DNA of 64,000 nucleotides from assembly GCA_034521595.1 (NCBI GenBank), contig JAXHMG010000002.1:32001-96000 (forward strand), read 5' to 3'. Within the stretch, counting starts at the first letter, position 1, and each line of letters opens with the position of its first letter. A program made the position numbers and the translations under genes. Source of the DNA: Gemmatimonadota bacterium. GTDB lineage: Bacteria > Gemmatimonadota > Gemmatimonadetes > Longimicrobiales > Gaopeijiaceae. Positions 20,054-29,449 of the stretch are shown one piece after another. The notes beneath the pieces were generated by a model. It saw only the letters and a list, made by a program, of their open reading frames with translations, was not told where the DNA came from and did no database searches.

Positions 20054-21043
20054 TCAGCGCGGCGTATCGGTGCCGTGGGGCATGATCCAAGGTGCTCGAG
20101 CGTCCGCTTTCCCTTCGAGGGGGTTCAGATAGACCCGCTGCGTGGAGTATGCGAAGGCGATGTCGTCGTGCGTGGCGAAGGTGTCGAAAATTCGTTCCCA
20201 GATCGCCTGCGCCGTGCCGCGTCGCTGTCTGGGGCGACACAAGTACCGGATGGTCAGCGAGACACCGCTCGCCCCGAGAGACGTGTAGACGGCCGGCGTG
20301 AACCGGCTGTAATGGATGAGGAAGCGCTTCGAAGTCTGCTTCAGCGTGCGCTCCGCTTCCTCGCTGACGCTCCGGGTCTCGGCGAGCGCCACCTCTTCGA
20401 GCACGGCCTTCGCTTTCCGCCAATCGCTCTCGAAGGTCACGAGCACCGGCAGCTCGTTCCACAGAAACGGAAAGCCCGACGTGTAGTTGGCAAGGGACTC
20501 GGTGAAGACCTTGGAGTTGGGGATGTGGATCATTCGGCCCGTGCTCTGGTCGGCTTCGACCCAATTCCCGATCTCCATGATCGTGAACTGGAACAGCCGG
20601 ACGTCGACCACGTCACCCGCTCGTTCTCCGACCTGAATGCGATCGCCGAGCTCGAACGGCTTGCGCCAGAGGATGAACAGCCACCCTGCCACGTCGGCCA
20701 CGAGGTCCTTGAGCGCGATCGCCAGTCCTGCCGAGACCAAGCCCAGAAAGGTTCCGAGAGACCTCAAGGCGGTAAACCAGACCTGCATGATGACCAGCAG
20801 GCCGATCAGGAACGCAGCGTAACCCGACGCCTTCGACCAGCGGTACACGAGCGCACGGTGCTCGAAGCGGCGCTCGACCACGCGAACAAGAATCCGGCGA
20901 CCGATCACCAGCGCGGCGACGAGGCATGCCGACAGGAGGATCTTCGTCTGTGTTTCGGGCGTGAGCCCGTAGATCAGTCGTTCCGTGACCGCGGCGCTGT
21001 CCGAGGCGACCTGCGCGCCGAGCGGCATGACCTGAAGTGCCAT
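20054..21043 (-). CDS. Small-conductance mechanosensitive channel (MscS family)
   Basis: LGLVSAGLAIALKD, PFELGDRIQVG, IHIPNSKVF. Confidence 0.9.
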   Translation of the reverse strand: MALQVMPLGAQVASDSAAVTERLIYGLTPETQTKILLSACLVAALVIGRRILVRVVERRFEHRALVYRWSKASGYAAFLIGLLVIMQVWFTALRSLGTFLGLVSAGLAIALKDLVADVAGWLFILWRKPFELGDRIQVGERAGDVVDVRLFQFTIMEIGNWVEADQSTGRMIHIPNSKVFTESLANYTSGFPFLWNELPVLVTFESDWRKAKAVLEEVALAETRSVSEEAERTLKQTSKRFLIHYSRFTPAVYTSLGASGVSLTIRYLCRPRQRRGTAQAIWERIFDTFATHDDIAFAYSTQRVYLNPLEGKADARAPWIMPHGTDTPR

Positions 21044-21100
21044 CGAGTGTTCCGTTCCGGGACCGGGCGGTGCGAGGGCCTATCCTGGGCACCGAAGGGC

Positions 21101-21328
21101 TTAGCAGCCCGTGGTAGAAGTCTGGCCCGCGCAGGGTCTTGCGTGTCGCAGGCAAGGCGGCTTCTTGAAGGCGATGCCGTAGCATCGGCGAAAGGAGCTA
21201 ACGCCGCATGCGGCCGCAACCCTCGTGCCCTCGGGTTGGGCGGCACGGCCCCCTCCGTCGGCTCACGGCTCTGGGGCTCGCCGTAGATCGCGGGCCTGCG
21301 CTCCACGCGGGCCGCCACGGGCTGCTAG
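21101..21328. mobile_element. MITE-like non-autonomous element
   Basis: Perfect 13-bp terminal inverted repeats TAGCAGCCCGTGG (21102-21114) and CCACGGGCTGCTA (21315-21327), TTAG/CTAG ends, internal dyads, no transposase. Confidence 0.6.
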
Positions 21329-21342
21329 GCCAGAGCAGACGG

Positions 21343-21903
21343 TCAGCGCACGTCCATGGGAAGGCCGGCCACGAGGAAAAGGACGCGGTGGGCCTCGCGT
21401 GCGATGCGCGCGTTGACCCAGCCCAGCATATCCCGATACCGGCGAGCGAGCGCGTTGTCCGGCACGACGCCGAGTCCCACTTCGTTGGTCACGACCAGCA
21501 GCGTTCCTTCGCGCGCCCGGGCCGTGCGAAGGAGCTCCTCGACGTGATCCGAGACCACCCCATCGCCCGGCGTCCGGGGATCGGTGACGGGCTCCGTGTC
21601 CAACTCGGGCGCGGACAGTGCGTGCATCAGGTTCGAGACCCAGACGGTCACGCAATCGATCAGAACGACCGAAGCTTCGGCGGCCCCGACGGCCTCGGGC
21701 ACGGCGAGGGGGGCCTCCACCGTGATCCAGCCCGGAGGCCGGGATGCCCGGTGGGCCGCGATCCGGGCCGTCATCTCCTCGTCTCCACGCTCGGCCGTCG
21801 CCACGTAGACGACCTCGTCGCCCGCGATCCTTCCGGCTTCGTCCTCCGCCCACCGACTCTTACCGGCCCTCGCCCCGCCGGTCACCAGCACGATCTTCAT
21901 CAT
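21343..21903 (-). CDS. cobU: Adenosylcobinamide kinase/adenosylcobinamide-phosphate guanylyltransferase
   Basis: LVTGGARAGKS, YVATA, RIAAHRASRP, LIDCVTVW, VTNEVGLG. Confidence 0.95.
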   Translation of the reverse strand: MMKIVLVTGGARAGKSRWAEDEAGRIAGDEVVYVATAERGDEEMTARIAAHRASRPPGWITVEAPLAVPEAVGAAEASVVLIDCVTVWVSNLMHALSAPELDTEPVTDPRTPGDGVVSDHVEELLRTARAREGTLLVVTNEVGLGVVPDNALARRYRDMLGWVNARIAREAHRVLFLVAGLPMDVR

Positions 21904-23405
21904 CGCGCGAGGATCTCGTCGATGTCGAGCGCCCCTTCCACGGCGTCCGCGACCACGTCGATGGGGTCGGGGCCCGGGAACTCCGGAGTCCGGTCGACCA
22001 GGGTCGCCGGGACGGAATGCCCGGTAGGCGCCGCCGGGAGTCCGGCTAGAGCGAGCCAGGCATTCCTGAACGCCGGGTCGGACAGACATCCGTGGACGTA
22101 CGTGCCCCAGACCCGACCGGACCGGTATCCGAGCTCGCGCTCCGGGTCGTCCTCGTCATGGACGAACGCGGGCGAGCCCGACCGGGTGCGGCCATGGTGG
22201 ATCTCGTAGCCCGAGAGGACGCCGATGCGCCCGGACGGGCCCGACCACCGGGCCGTGACGCGACGGACCGTCTTGGTTCCCTCGAGCACCGTGCTCACGG
22301 GCAGGAGCCCGAGGCCCTGGCGCGCGCTGCCCCCTGCACGTGTGGCTCCACCCTCGATGCCCTCCGGATCTTCCACCGTGCGTCCGAGCATCTGGAGCCC
22401 CCCGCAGAGTCCGAGCACGGGAACCCCGGCGCCGGCTCGCTCCCGGATCGCCCCGCCCAGCCCCGAGGCATGGAGCCAGTCGAGGTCGGCGACGACGTTC
22501 CGGCTCCCCGGTAGAACGATCGCGGCGGCCCCATCGAGCGCCTCGGGCCGGTCCGCCCAACGCACGCCGACCCCCGGCATCCTTTCGAGCGGGAGCACGT
22601 CGTCGAAGTTCGCGATTCGAGGCAAGCGGACGACGGCGACGGTACCGTCCGCCCCTTCCGACGCCCGTTCGATCACGGCCGCGTCCTCGTCCGGAAGCCG
22701 CGCGGAGACCCAGGGCACGACGCCGAGCGTCTCCACCCCGGTGTGGCGCCGCACGACCTCGGGGGCGTCGCCGAGCAGCGCCGGATCTCCTCGGAAGCGG
22801 TTGAGCACGAAGCCACGAAGACGGGCCCGGTCGGCCGGCCGCATGAGCTCCCACGTACCGACGAGGGAGGCGAAGGCCCCGCCCCGGTCGATGTCGGCGA
22901 CGAGGATCACGGGCGCGTCCGCGTACCGGGCGACGGCCATGTTCACGATGTCCGAATCGGCCAGGTTGATCTCGGCCGGGGAGCCGGCGCCTTCGATCAC
23001 CACCCAATCGAAGTCCCCACGGAGGGCGTCGAGAGCGCTCGCGACCTCCGGCCACAGCACGCTCCGGCGCTCGGTCCAGGGGATCTCGGCGAGATCCGGA
23101 CGGGACACGCCCCGCAACACGACGTCGGAGCGGGTGTCGGCGAGCGGCTTCAGCAACACCGGGTTCATCCGCTCGTCGACGTCGACGCCGGCCGCCTCCG
23201 CCTGCACGGCTTGAGCGCGTCCGACCTCGCCACCACGGGAAGTCACGGCCGCGTTGTTCGACATGTTCTGGGCCTTGAACGGCGCCACGGCGATGCCCCT
23301 TCTACGGAGCACCCGACAAAGTCCGGCGACGAGCCAGGACTTTCCGACCCCCGAAGCGGTGCCCTGCACCATCAACGTTCTGGCGTAGCGCCCGGCCCCC
23401 GTCAT
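21900..23405 (-). CDS. cobQ: Cobyric acid synthase
   Basis: MVQGTASGVGKS, PFKAQNMSNN, MNPVLLKP, EGAGSPAEINL, GLCGGLQMLG, GYEIHHG, GTYVHG. Confidence 0.95.
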   Translation of the reverse strand: MTGAGRYARTLMVQGTASGVGKSWLVAGLCRVLRRRGIAVAPFKAQNMSNNAAVTSRGGEVGRAQAVQAEAAGVDVDERMNPVLLKPLADTRSDVVLRGVSRPDLAEIPWTERRSVLWPEVASALDALRGDFDWVVIEGAGSPAEINLADSDIVNMAVARYADAPVILVADIDRGGAFASLVGTWELMRPADRARLRGFVLNRFRGDPALLGDAPEVVRRHTGVETLGVVPWVSARLPDEDAAVIERASEGADGTVAVVRLPRIANFDDVLPLERMPGVGVRWADRPEALDGAAAIVLPGSRNVVADLDWLHASGLGGAIRERAGAGVPVLGLCGGLQMLGRTVEDPEGIEGGATRAGGSARQGLGLLPVSTVLEGTKTVRRVTARWSGPSGRIGVLSGYEIHHGRTRSGSPAFVHDEDDPERELGYRSGRVWGTYVHGCLSDPAFRNAWLALAGLPAAPTGHSVPATLVDRTPEFPGPDPIDVVADAVEGALDIDEILAR

Positions 23406-24466
23406 GCTTCCTCTCGTCCACTCACGCCGGCGGCCGAGAACGTCCTCATCTCGCGCAGCATCGCCGCCGCCGCGTCGAGCAGCGGCAGCGCGAGCGCCGC
23501 GCCCGAGCCCTCGCCGAGACGGAGGCGGAGATCGAGCAACGGGTCGAGCTCGAGCGCCCGGAGCTGCAACGCGTGCCCGGGCTCGGTGGAGAGGTGGGAG
23601 GCGAAGAGGTAGTCCTGCACATCCGGAGCGATGCGGACCGCCGCCAGAGCGGCCGCGGTCGCGATGAAGCCGTCCAGGACGACGGGCTTGCCCCGACGCG
23701 TCGCTTCCAGGACCACGCCGACGAGCCCCGCCAATTCGGCGCCACCGACTTCGGAGAGCGCCCGAATCGGGCTCGCGTCCGCCGGCACCCGCTGGAGCGC
23801 CTTCGTGATCACCCGGCACTTCCGAAGCACGCCCTCCCGGTCGACGCCCGTCCCCGCCCCCACCACCTCGGCCGGATCCGCCCCGAGCAGCGCCGCGGTG
23901 ACCGCAGCGGCTGCGGTCGTGTTTCCGATCCCCATCTCCCCGGTCGCGACGACACGGGCGGCCGGGGCCCGGTCGCGCACCAGATCGGCGCCCGCCTGGA
24001 CGGCCCGTGCCACGTCGGCGTCCGAGAGCGCCCGCTCGACGGACAGATCGGCCGTCCCCCGGACCACGTTCTGGTCGCACACACCCGGGTAGGCGACCGG
24101 TTTCCGGACCCCCAGGTCGGCCACGACGACGTCCGCGCGGGCGACGCGGGCGAAGACCGATACCGCCGCGCCGCCGTCCGCGATGTTGCGACACATCTGG
24201 GCCGTGACCTCCGCAGGATACGCGCTCACCCCCTGAGCGGTGACGCCGTGATCGCCCGCGAGGACGAGCACCACACGGGGGTGGAGGTCGGGGGGCGGGT
24301 CCCCGAGGATCCGGGCGAGCCGGCACGCGACATCTTCCAGACGCCCGAGACTGCCCGGGGGTTTCGTGAGGTCATCCAGGTGCGCGCGCACCTCGCGTTC
24401 TCCTGCGGCGGTCGGTGCGGCGATGGATCCGACTCGCTCCTCCACGGTTCGGCCGGCCACGCTCAC
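23402..24466 (-). CDS. cobT: Nicotinate-nucleotide-dimethylbenzimidazole phosphoribosyltransferase
   Basis: LTKPPGSLGRLE, AGDHGV, GEMGIGNTT, LDGFI, LRLGEGSGA; GTGA overlap with cobO. Confidence 0.95.
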   Translation of the reverse strand: MSVAGRTVEERVGSIAAPTAAGEREVRAHLDDLTKPPGSLGRLEDVACRLARILGDPPPDLHPRVVLVLAGDHGVTAQGVSAYPAEVTAQMCRNIADGGAAVSVFARVARADVVVADLGVRKPVAYPGVCDQNVVRGTADLSVERALSDADVARAVQAGADLVRDRAPAARVVATGEMGIGNTTAAAAVTAALLGADPAEVVGAGTGVDREGVLRKCRVITKALQRVPADASPIRALSEVGGAELAGLVGVVLEATRRGKPVVLDGFIATAAALAAVRIAPDVQDYLFASHLSTEPGHALQLRALELDPLLDLRLRLGEGSGAALALPLLDAAAAMLREMRTFSAAGVSGREEA

Positions 24467-25095
24467 AGCTCGATGCCCGGCTGGGCGCCGACGCCCACCG
24501 TCTTGTACGGATGCTTGATCTCCCTCACTTCGCTCACCAGATCCGCGAACTCCACGAGCTCGGGCGTCGCTTTCCTCCCGGTGATGACGACGTGCGTGCC
24601 CGTGGGCCGCTCGCGAAGGGTCTCGAAGACTTCCTCGTGCTCGAGCCATCCGTACGTCAGGGCGTAGGTGAGCTCGTCGAAGATCACGACGTCGTGGTCC
24701 CCCGAATGGAGCACGTCGGTGCACCGACGCCAGCAGCTCCGGGCCAGCTCCCGGTCCTCCTCGATACGCTCGGAGAGCCAGGTGAACCCGGCGCCCATGG
24801 GCACGATCTCGACTCCGAGCCGGCGCGCGGCGATGTGCTCCCCACGCTCGGTGTCGGCGCTCTTGATGAACTGGAGCATCGCGACCGACATGTCGCGCCC
24901 ACTCGCCCGCAGAAGCACACCGAGCGCCGCCGTGGTCTTCCCCTTCCCGTTACCGGTGTTGACGATCACCAGGCCCGTACGCCGGTCTCTGGGTGGAACC
25001 GGGTACGGCCCGGGCGTGCGCGTTTTCGGGCGGGGAGCGTTCGGGTGGCGGGCGTCGGCCTCGGGTGTGCGGGCCGGATCGGATGCATCGGTCAT
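24463..25095 (-). CDS. cobO: Cob(I)yrinic acid a,c-diamide adenosyltransferase (CobO/BtuR)
   Basis: NTGNGKGKTTAALG, QFIK, IFDELTYAL, VVITGR, KHPY. Confidence 0.95.
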   Translation of the reverse strand: MTDASDPARTPEADARHPNAPRPKTRTPGPYPVPPRDRRTGLVIVNTGNGKGKTTAALGVLLRASGRDMSVAMLQFIKSADTERGEHIAARRLGVEIVPMGAGFTWLSERIEEDRELARSCWRRCTDVLHSGDHDVVIFDELTYALTYGWLEHEEVFETLRERPTGTHVVITGRKATPELVEFADLVSEVREIKHPYKTVGVGAQPGIEL

Positions 25096-25682
25096 ATCGG
25101 TACCTCGTTGGAAGGCCATCGTTCGAGAACGGGCGCAGGTCGCCCGTCCGTCCAGTCGAGCACGGTCATCTCGCCGTTCCCGGGCCAGAACTCCTCACCG
25201 GCGAAGGGCCGCGCGATCGCCCGTACGACGCCCCCGTGCGTCACGGCGACGACGGTCGTGCCGACCGGGGTGCGGGCCCGCACGTCGTCCAACCAGGCCC
25301 GGGTTCGGGCGAAGAAGTCGTCCAGGTCCTCGCCGCCGGGTGGCGCGGGGCGGCCCCGGTGCTCCACCCAGGCCGCGAAGCGCGGGCCGAAGCGGTCCAT
25401 GTTCTCCTGGTAGGTGCCGCCGGCGAACTCGCCGAAGTCGAGCTCCCGCAGCCGAGGATCGATCCTCGGAGGGCGGCGCAGGGCGACCCGGGCGGTAGCG
25501 GCCGCACGAACCAGATCGCTGGACCACACGGTGCACCGCACGACGCCGCGAGCCCGCAGCAGCGCCCCGATCCGTCTCGCGGTGATCCACCCGCGCGGGG
25601 ACAACGGTGGATCCTCCCAGCCCTGATAGCGGCCGGCCTCGTTCCACGGCGTCTCTCCGTGCCGCACCAGGATCAGGCGCAT
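25092..25682 (-). CDS. cobC: Histidine phosphatase, probable alpha-ribazole/adenosylcobalamin phosphatase
   Basis: LVRHGET, SSDLVRA, RELDFGEF, VTHGGV; cob operon context. Confidence 0.78.
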   Translation of the reverse strand: MRLILVRHGETPWNEAGRYQGWEDPPLSPRGWITARRIGALLRARGVVRCTVWSSDLVRAAATARVALRRPPRIDPRLRELDFGEFAGGTYQENMDRFGPRFAAWVEHRGRPAPPGGEDLDDFFARTRAWLDDVRARTPVGTTVVAVTHGGVVRAIARPFAGEEFWPGNGEMTVLDWTDGRPAPVLERWPSNEVPI

Positions 25683-26752
25683 GCGAGCTCCTCCAGCGCG
25701 GAGATCAACCGCCCGTTCTCGGATGGATGGCGAACCCCGACCCGCAGGTGGTCCGTGAGGCCGAACGAAGCGCACCGCCGCACGCGGAGTCCGTGGTGCT
25801 CGAGCTCCTCGGCGAGGTGTTCCGCCCAGGGCGTGCGCGCACAGACGAAGTTCGCGCTGGACGGTCGGGGGGTGAGGCCCGCGGCCCGGAGCGCCTCCTC
25901 GAGGCGGATCCGCTCGTTCCGGATCCGCTCGAACGTCCCGTCCAGGTAGGCGATCGACTCCGGGGCGAAGGAAGCTCGGGCGGCCTCCTGGGCCGGCGCG
26001 GACGCGGACCACGGTAGCGCCACCCGGTCGAGCGCCCGGATCACCCGCTCCGGGCCGACCGCGAACCCGGCGCGCAGCCCCGCCAGACCGCAGTCCTTCG
26101 TGATCGATCTCACGGTGAGCACGCCGTCGTGGACACCGAGCACGGGCGGAGCGGACAGAGAGCCGGCCTCGAACGAAAGGAACGATTCGTCCAACACCAG
26201 CAGGGATCCCGTGGGGAGCGCCCTCCGCAATTCAAGCAGGGCTCCCCGTCCGATCGCCTCGCCCGTCGGCGTGTTGGGCCGCCCGAGATACACCACGGCG
26301 GCAGCGCGCGACCGGGCCTCCTCCGCCACCCCACGGAGATCGAGCGTGCCCGTCGAATCCGCGGGTGGCACGGACACGACCCGGCCCCGAGCGAGCGTGA
26401 TCGCCCTGGCGTACTCGGCGAAACAGGGCGTCCCGATCACCGCGGTGGCGTCCGGCCTCAGCCAAGCGAGGGCGGCCCGGTGCAGGAACTCCGTGGCGCC
26501 GGCGCCGAACCGCACGGCCTCGAGGGGGAGTCCCCATGCGTCGGCAGCCGCGCGGCACGCCTCGAGTGAGGCCGGGTCCGGATATCCGACCGGGTCGGCC
26601 CGCTTCCACGCTTCGGCGGCGGCGGGAGGCGGGCCGAACGGGTTCACGTTGACCGAGAAATCGACCACGCCCGGAGCCGGGCCGCCGGGCCCCGGGCCAC
26701 CGTGCTTGCCGCGCGTGTAGCGCTCCTCGATCTCCTCGATCCAAGGCTTCAC
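25673..26752 (-). CDS. cobD: Threonine-phosphate decarboxylase (PLP class I/II)
   Basis: HGG, DFSVNVNPFGPP, YPDP, PNTPTG, LDESF, RSITKDCGLAGLRAG. Confidence 0.85.
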   Translation of the reverse strand: MKPWIEEIEERYTRGKHGGPGPGGPAPGVVDFSVNVNPFGPPPAAAEAWKRADPVGYPDPASLEACRAAADAWGLPLEAVRFGAGATEFLHRAALAWLRPDATAVIGTPCFAEYARAITLARGRVVSVPPADSTGTLDLRGVAEEARSRAAAVVYLGRPNTPTGEAIGRGALLELRRALPTGSLLVLDESFLSFEAGSLSAPPVLGVHDGVLTVRSITKDCGLAGLRAGFAVGPERVIRALDRVALPWSASAPAQEAARASFAPESIAYLDGTFERIRNERIRLEEALRAAGLTPRPSSANFVCARTPWAEHLAEELEHHGLRVRRCASFGLTDHLRVGVRHPSENGRLISALEELACA

Positions 26753-27723
26753 GCGTGCCTCCCGAGCCATGCGAGCGTTCCGCCGAGAGCGGCGACCACG
26801 ACACCACCGGCGACGAGGACCAGCCGCTCGGCCGCCCGCAGGTGCGCCGCGGACGGGGCCTTGCCCTGTGGATGCAGCACGTACGCATCGCGCTTCTCGA
26901 GCCGCACGTCGAGCGCACCGGCGGCGGCCGCCATGGGCCACCCTCCGTTCGGGCTCGGCGTCGCGCCCGCGCAGCGCCGAACGGCTCGGAGCGCGCCCAC
27001 GGAAGAGCCGCCGACCGCCGGAGCGGCTCCCGCCAGCGCGGCCGCCGTGAGCCGGGCGGGCACCCAGCCCAGCACGTCGTCCGACCACGCGGCCGCCCGA
27101 CCGAAGTGCTCGAGCTCGGGGGTCCGGTATCCGAGCACCGCGTCGGCCGTGTTGATGAACCGGTACGCGTAGGCCGCCCCCGGACCGGCCGCGACGGCCC
27201 AGAACAGGGGGGCGACGAAAGCGTCGTTAAGGTTCTCGGCGAGCGATTCCACGGTAGCCCCGACGATCTCGCCCTCGGTGAGCGTCGTGGTGTCGCGACT
27301 CACGAGGTCACGGGCGAGTGTCGAGCGGGCGCCGTCGAGGTCGTAGCACTCCAAGGCCGTCCGCACGCGCCGGGCGGCCGCGAGGAGCTCACGAAGCGAG
27401 ACGACCAGGGAGAGCGCGGCGGCGGCTCGCACCTCGGCCAGCGTCCGCACCCCCCGCGACCGGCTCGCCGGCCGAGACCGGTCCGGAAGCGCCGAAGGGG
27501 GCTTCCCGGCGAGCACCCGCCCGAGCCACCAGGACACCGACGCGCCCCCCGCCACGACCGCGGTGCCCGCGAGCAACCTTCCCGAGGGGCCGAGCGCGGT
27601 TCGCCCATTCCACGCCCGCGCGAGCATCAGGCCGCCGCCCATGCCGCGGACCGGATGGGCCCGGCGAGGCTCACCCACGAGCGCATCCAGGGTGCACGCG
27701 GTGAGCAAGGTGACGCCCTTCAT
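26749..27723 (-). CDS. cbiB: Adenosylcobinamide-phosphate synthase
   Basis: LDALVGEP..HPV, LVSRDT, VESLAENLND, YRFINTADAVLGY, SPNGGWP. Confidence 0.92.
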   Translation of the reverse strand: MKGVTLLTACTLDALVGEPRRAHPVRGMGGGLMLARAWNGRTALGPSGRLLAGTAVVAGGASVSWWLGRVLAGKPPSALPDRSRPASRSRGVRTLAEVRAAAALSLVVSLRELLAAARRVRTALECYDLDGARSTLARDLVSRDTTTLTEGEIVGATVESLAENLNDAFVAPLFWAVAAGPGAAYAYRFINTADAVLGYRTPELEHFGRAAAWSDDVLGWVPARLTAAALAGAAPAVGGSSVGALRAVRRCAGATPSPNGGWPMAAAAGALDVRLEKRDAYVLHPQGKAPSAAHLRAAERLVLVAGGVVVAALGGTLAWLGRHA

Positions 27724-28478
27724 GCCGTCCCCCCTGTCGTCTCCGCGGCGACCAGCCAGACCACGGTTTCGGCGAGGAGTCCGACCGCGCCGTGCGCGTC
27801 CCCGTTCATTCCGCCGAGCCGACGCACCAGGAAGGTCGCGAAGGCTGCGGCGACCACCACCCCGACGCCGAACGCCACCGCCAACGAGCCCGGCGCCACG
27901 GCGCGCACCAGGCACAACGCCACGACCGCGGCCAGCCCGACGCCCGCACCCACGGGGCGTGCGTGAGCACGCAGGCCGGCCGCCGCGCCCGACGACCGGA
28001 GCGCCGGCGCCCAGCGCAGAGACGCGACCATCACCCAACGACCGGTCACGGCGCCCAGAACGATGCCCCAGAACGGAGCCCGTGCCAGCGCCGACACGGC
28101 GAGCACGGCAAGCAGAGCCACCCCGACCGCCGCGTGCGCGCCGATCCGGGGGTCGGCGAGAATCGACACCCGCTTCTCCCGCGAGAGGGCCGGACCGAGC
28201 GTGGCGTCGAGAACGTCCGCCCATCCGTCCCAATGCAAGCCCCCCGTCACGAAGAAGTGCGTCGCGAGCGCGAGAGACCCCGCCACCAGCGGGTCCACGG
28301 GCATGCGCGCGACCAGCGCGGCGAGCGCTCCGAGACCGAGACCGATCCACGGAAAGAAGATCGTCGCCGTGGCGCTCCCCCGCTCCGCCTCCCGTTCCGG
28401 CACCGGAAGGATCGTGAGGAACCCGAGGGCGGCCCAGAAGCCGGCGACCGGAGCACCCGGGAACGGACCGCTGCGCAT
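27720..28478 (-). CDS. cobS: Adenosylcobinamide-GDP ribazoletransferase (cobalamin synthase)
   Basis: FLTILP, TGGLHWDGWAD, DPRIGAH, GGMNGDAHGA. Confidence 0.93.
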   Translation of the reverse strand: MRSGPFPGAPVAGFWAALGFLTILPVPEREAERGSATATIFFPWIGLGLGALAALVARMPVDPLVAGSLALATHFFVTGGLHWDGWADVLDATLGPALSREKRVSILADPRIGAHAAVGVALLAVLAVSALARAPFWGIVLGAVTGRWVMVASLRWAPALRSSGAAAGLRAHARPVGAGVGLAAVVALCLVRAVAPGSLAVAFGVGVVVAAAFATFLVRRLGGMNGDAHGAVGLLAETVVWLVAAETTGGTA

Positions 28479-29449
28479 CAGGGGTTCTCCCGCTCCCGGC
28501 GCACGGCCCGCACGTACCCGGCCAGCTCCTCGGCAGCGTCCACCATCCCGGGACCCGGCCGATTGAACACGTCGGCGTCGACCAGGTGCACGTGCCCCTC
28601 ACGGACCGCATCCAGCGTACGCCAGAAAGGATCCTCTTCGATCCAGTCCGGCACGAGTCCCTCCGCGTGCTCACTCGACACGATCACCAGATCGGGATCG
28701 CGCTCGAGCACGGCTTCGAACGACACGGTGGGCCACGGGTCGGCCAGGTCGTCGAACGCCCCCCGGCCGCCCACGAGCCGAATCAACTCGTCCACGAACG
28801 TGTCCCGTCCGGTCGTGATGAGCGGCTGGGGCCAGACGACGAAGAGCACCTTGGGCCGGGCTTCTTCAGGAACCTCGACCCGCAGGTCGTCGAACCGCTC
28901 GTGGACGCGCGCCACCAGGTCGTCCGCCTGCCCCGACCGACCGAGGAGCGCACCGAGCGCGGCGGCATGCCGGTCGAAGTCCGCGATGGAACGGGCACGT
29001 GCAGCATACACCGGCAGATCGAACGACTCGAAGCGCTCGCTCAGCGACCGGGCGTCCGCATCCGACCAGGTGACGACCAGGTCCGGTCGGCTGTCGAGGA
29101 TCGCTTCGACGTCCGGGCTCACGGTGCCGCCCACGGACGGAACCTCCGCGATCCGTGGATCCTCGTCGAAGCGTGTCCGTCCCACGAGCTGCGATGCGCC
29201 GCCGAGCTCCACGATGATCTCGGTCAGCGACGGCACGAGGGACACCACCCGTTCCCTTGGCGTCCCGGTCGACAGACGCTTCCCGCGACCGTCCACCACG
29301 AACGAATCGGCCGGGACGTCCCCAGCGCCCGCCGTCCGGCTCCCGGCGGCGGCCGACGAATCGACCGTGCATCCGACCGCGAGCCAGACGAGGGCGAGGA
29401 GACTCCAGCCACAGGGCGCTCGAACCGCCCTGCGAGCTCTATGGGTCAA
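28478..29449 (-). CDS. btuF: Cobalamin-binding periplasmic lipoprotein
   Basis: Lipobox AVGC; RVVSLVPSLTEI, LVGRT, PDLV, RPGP; operon context. Confidence 0.82.
   Translation of the reverse strand: MTHRARRAVRAPCGWSLLALVWLAVGCTVDSSAAAGSRTAGAGDVPADSFVVDGRGKRLSTGTPRERVVSLVPSLTEIIVELGGASQLVGRTRFDEDPRIAEVPSVGGTVSPDVEAILDSRPDLVVTWSDADARSLSERFESFDLPVYAARARSIADFDRHAAALGALLGRSGQADDLVARVHERFDDLRVEVPEEARPKVLFVVWPQPLITTGRDTFVDELIRLVGGRGAFDDLADPWPTVSFEAVLERDPDLVIVSSEHAEGLVPDWIEEDPFWRTLDAVREGHVHLVDADVFNRPGPGMVDAAEELAGYVRAVRRERENP

Noticed and set aside
18638-21286. 882-aa + strand ORF
   Set aside because: Antisense to GSDH and mscS, which have clear motifs
21900-28674. Apparent long fusions in cob ORFs (808 aa, 641 aa, 471 aa)
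   Set aside because: Upstream extensions overlap the preceding genes; true starts sit at or near the stop/start overlaps
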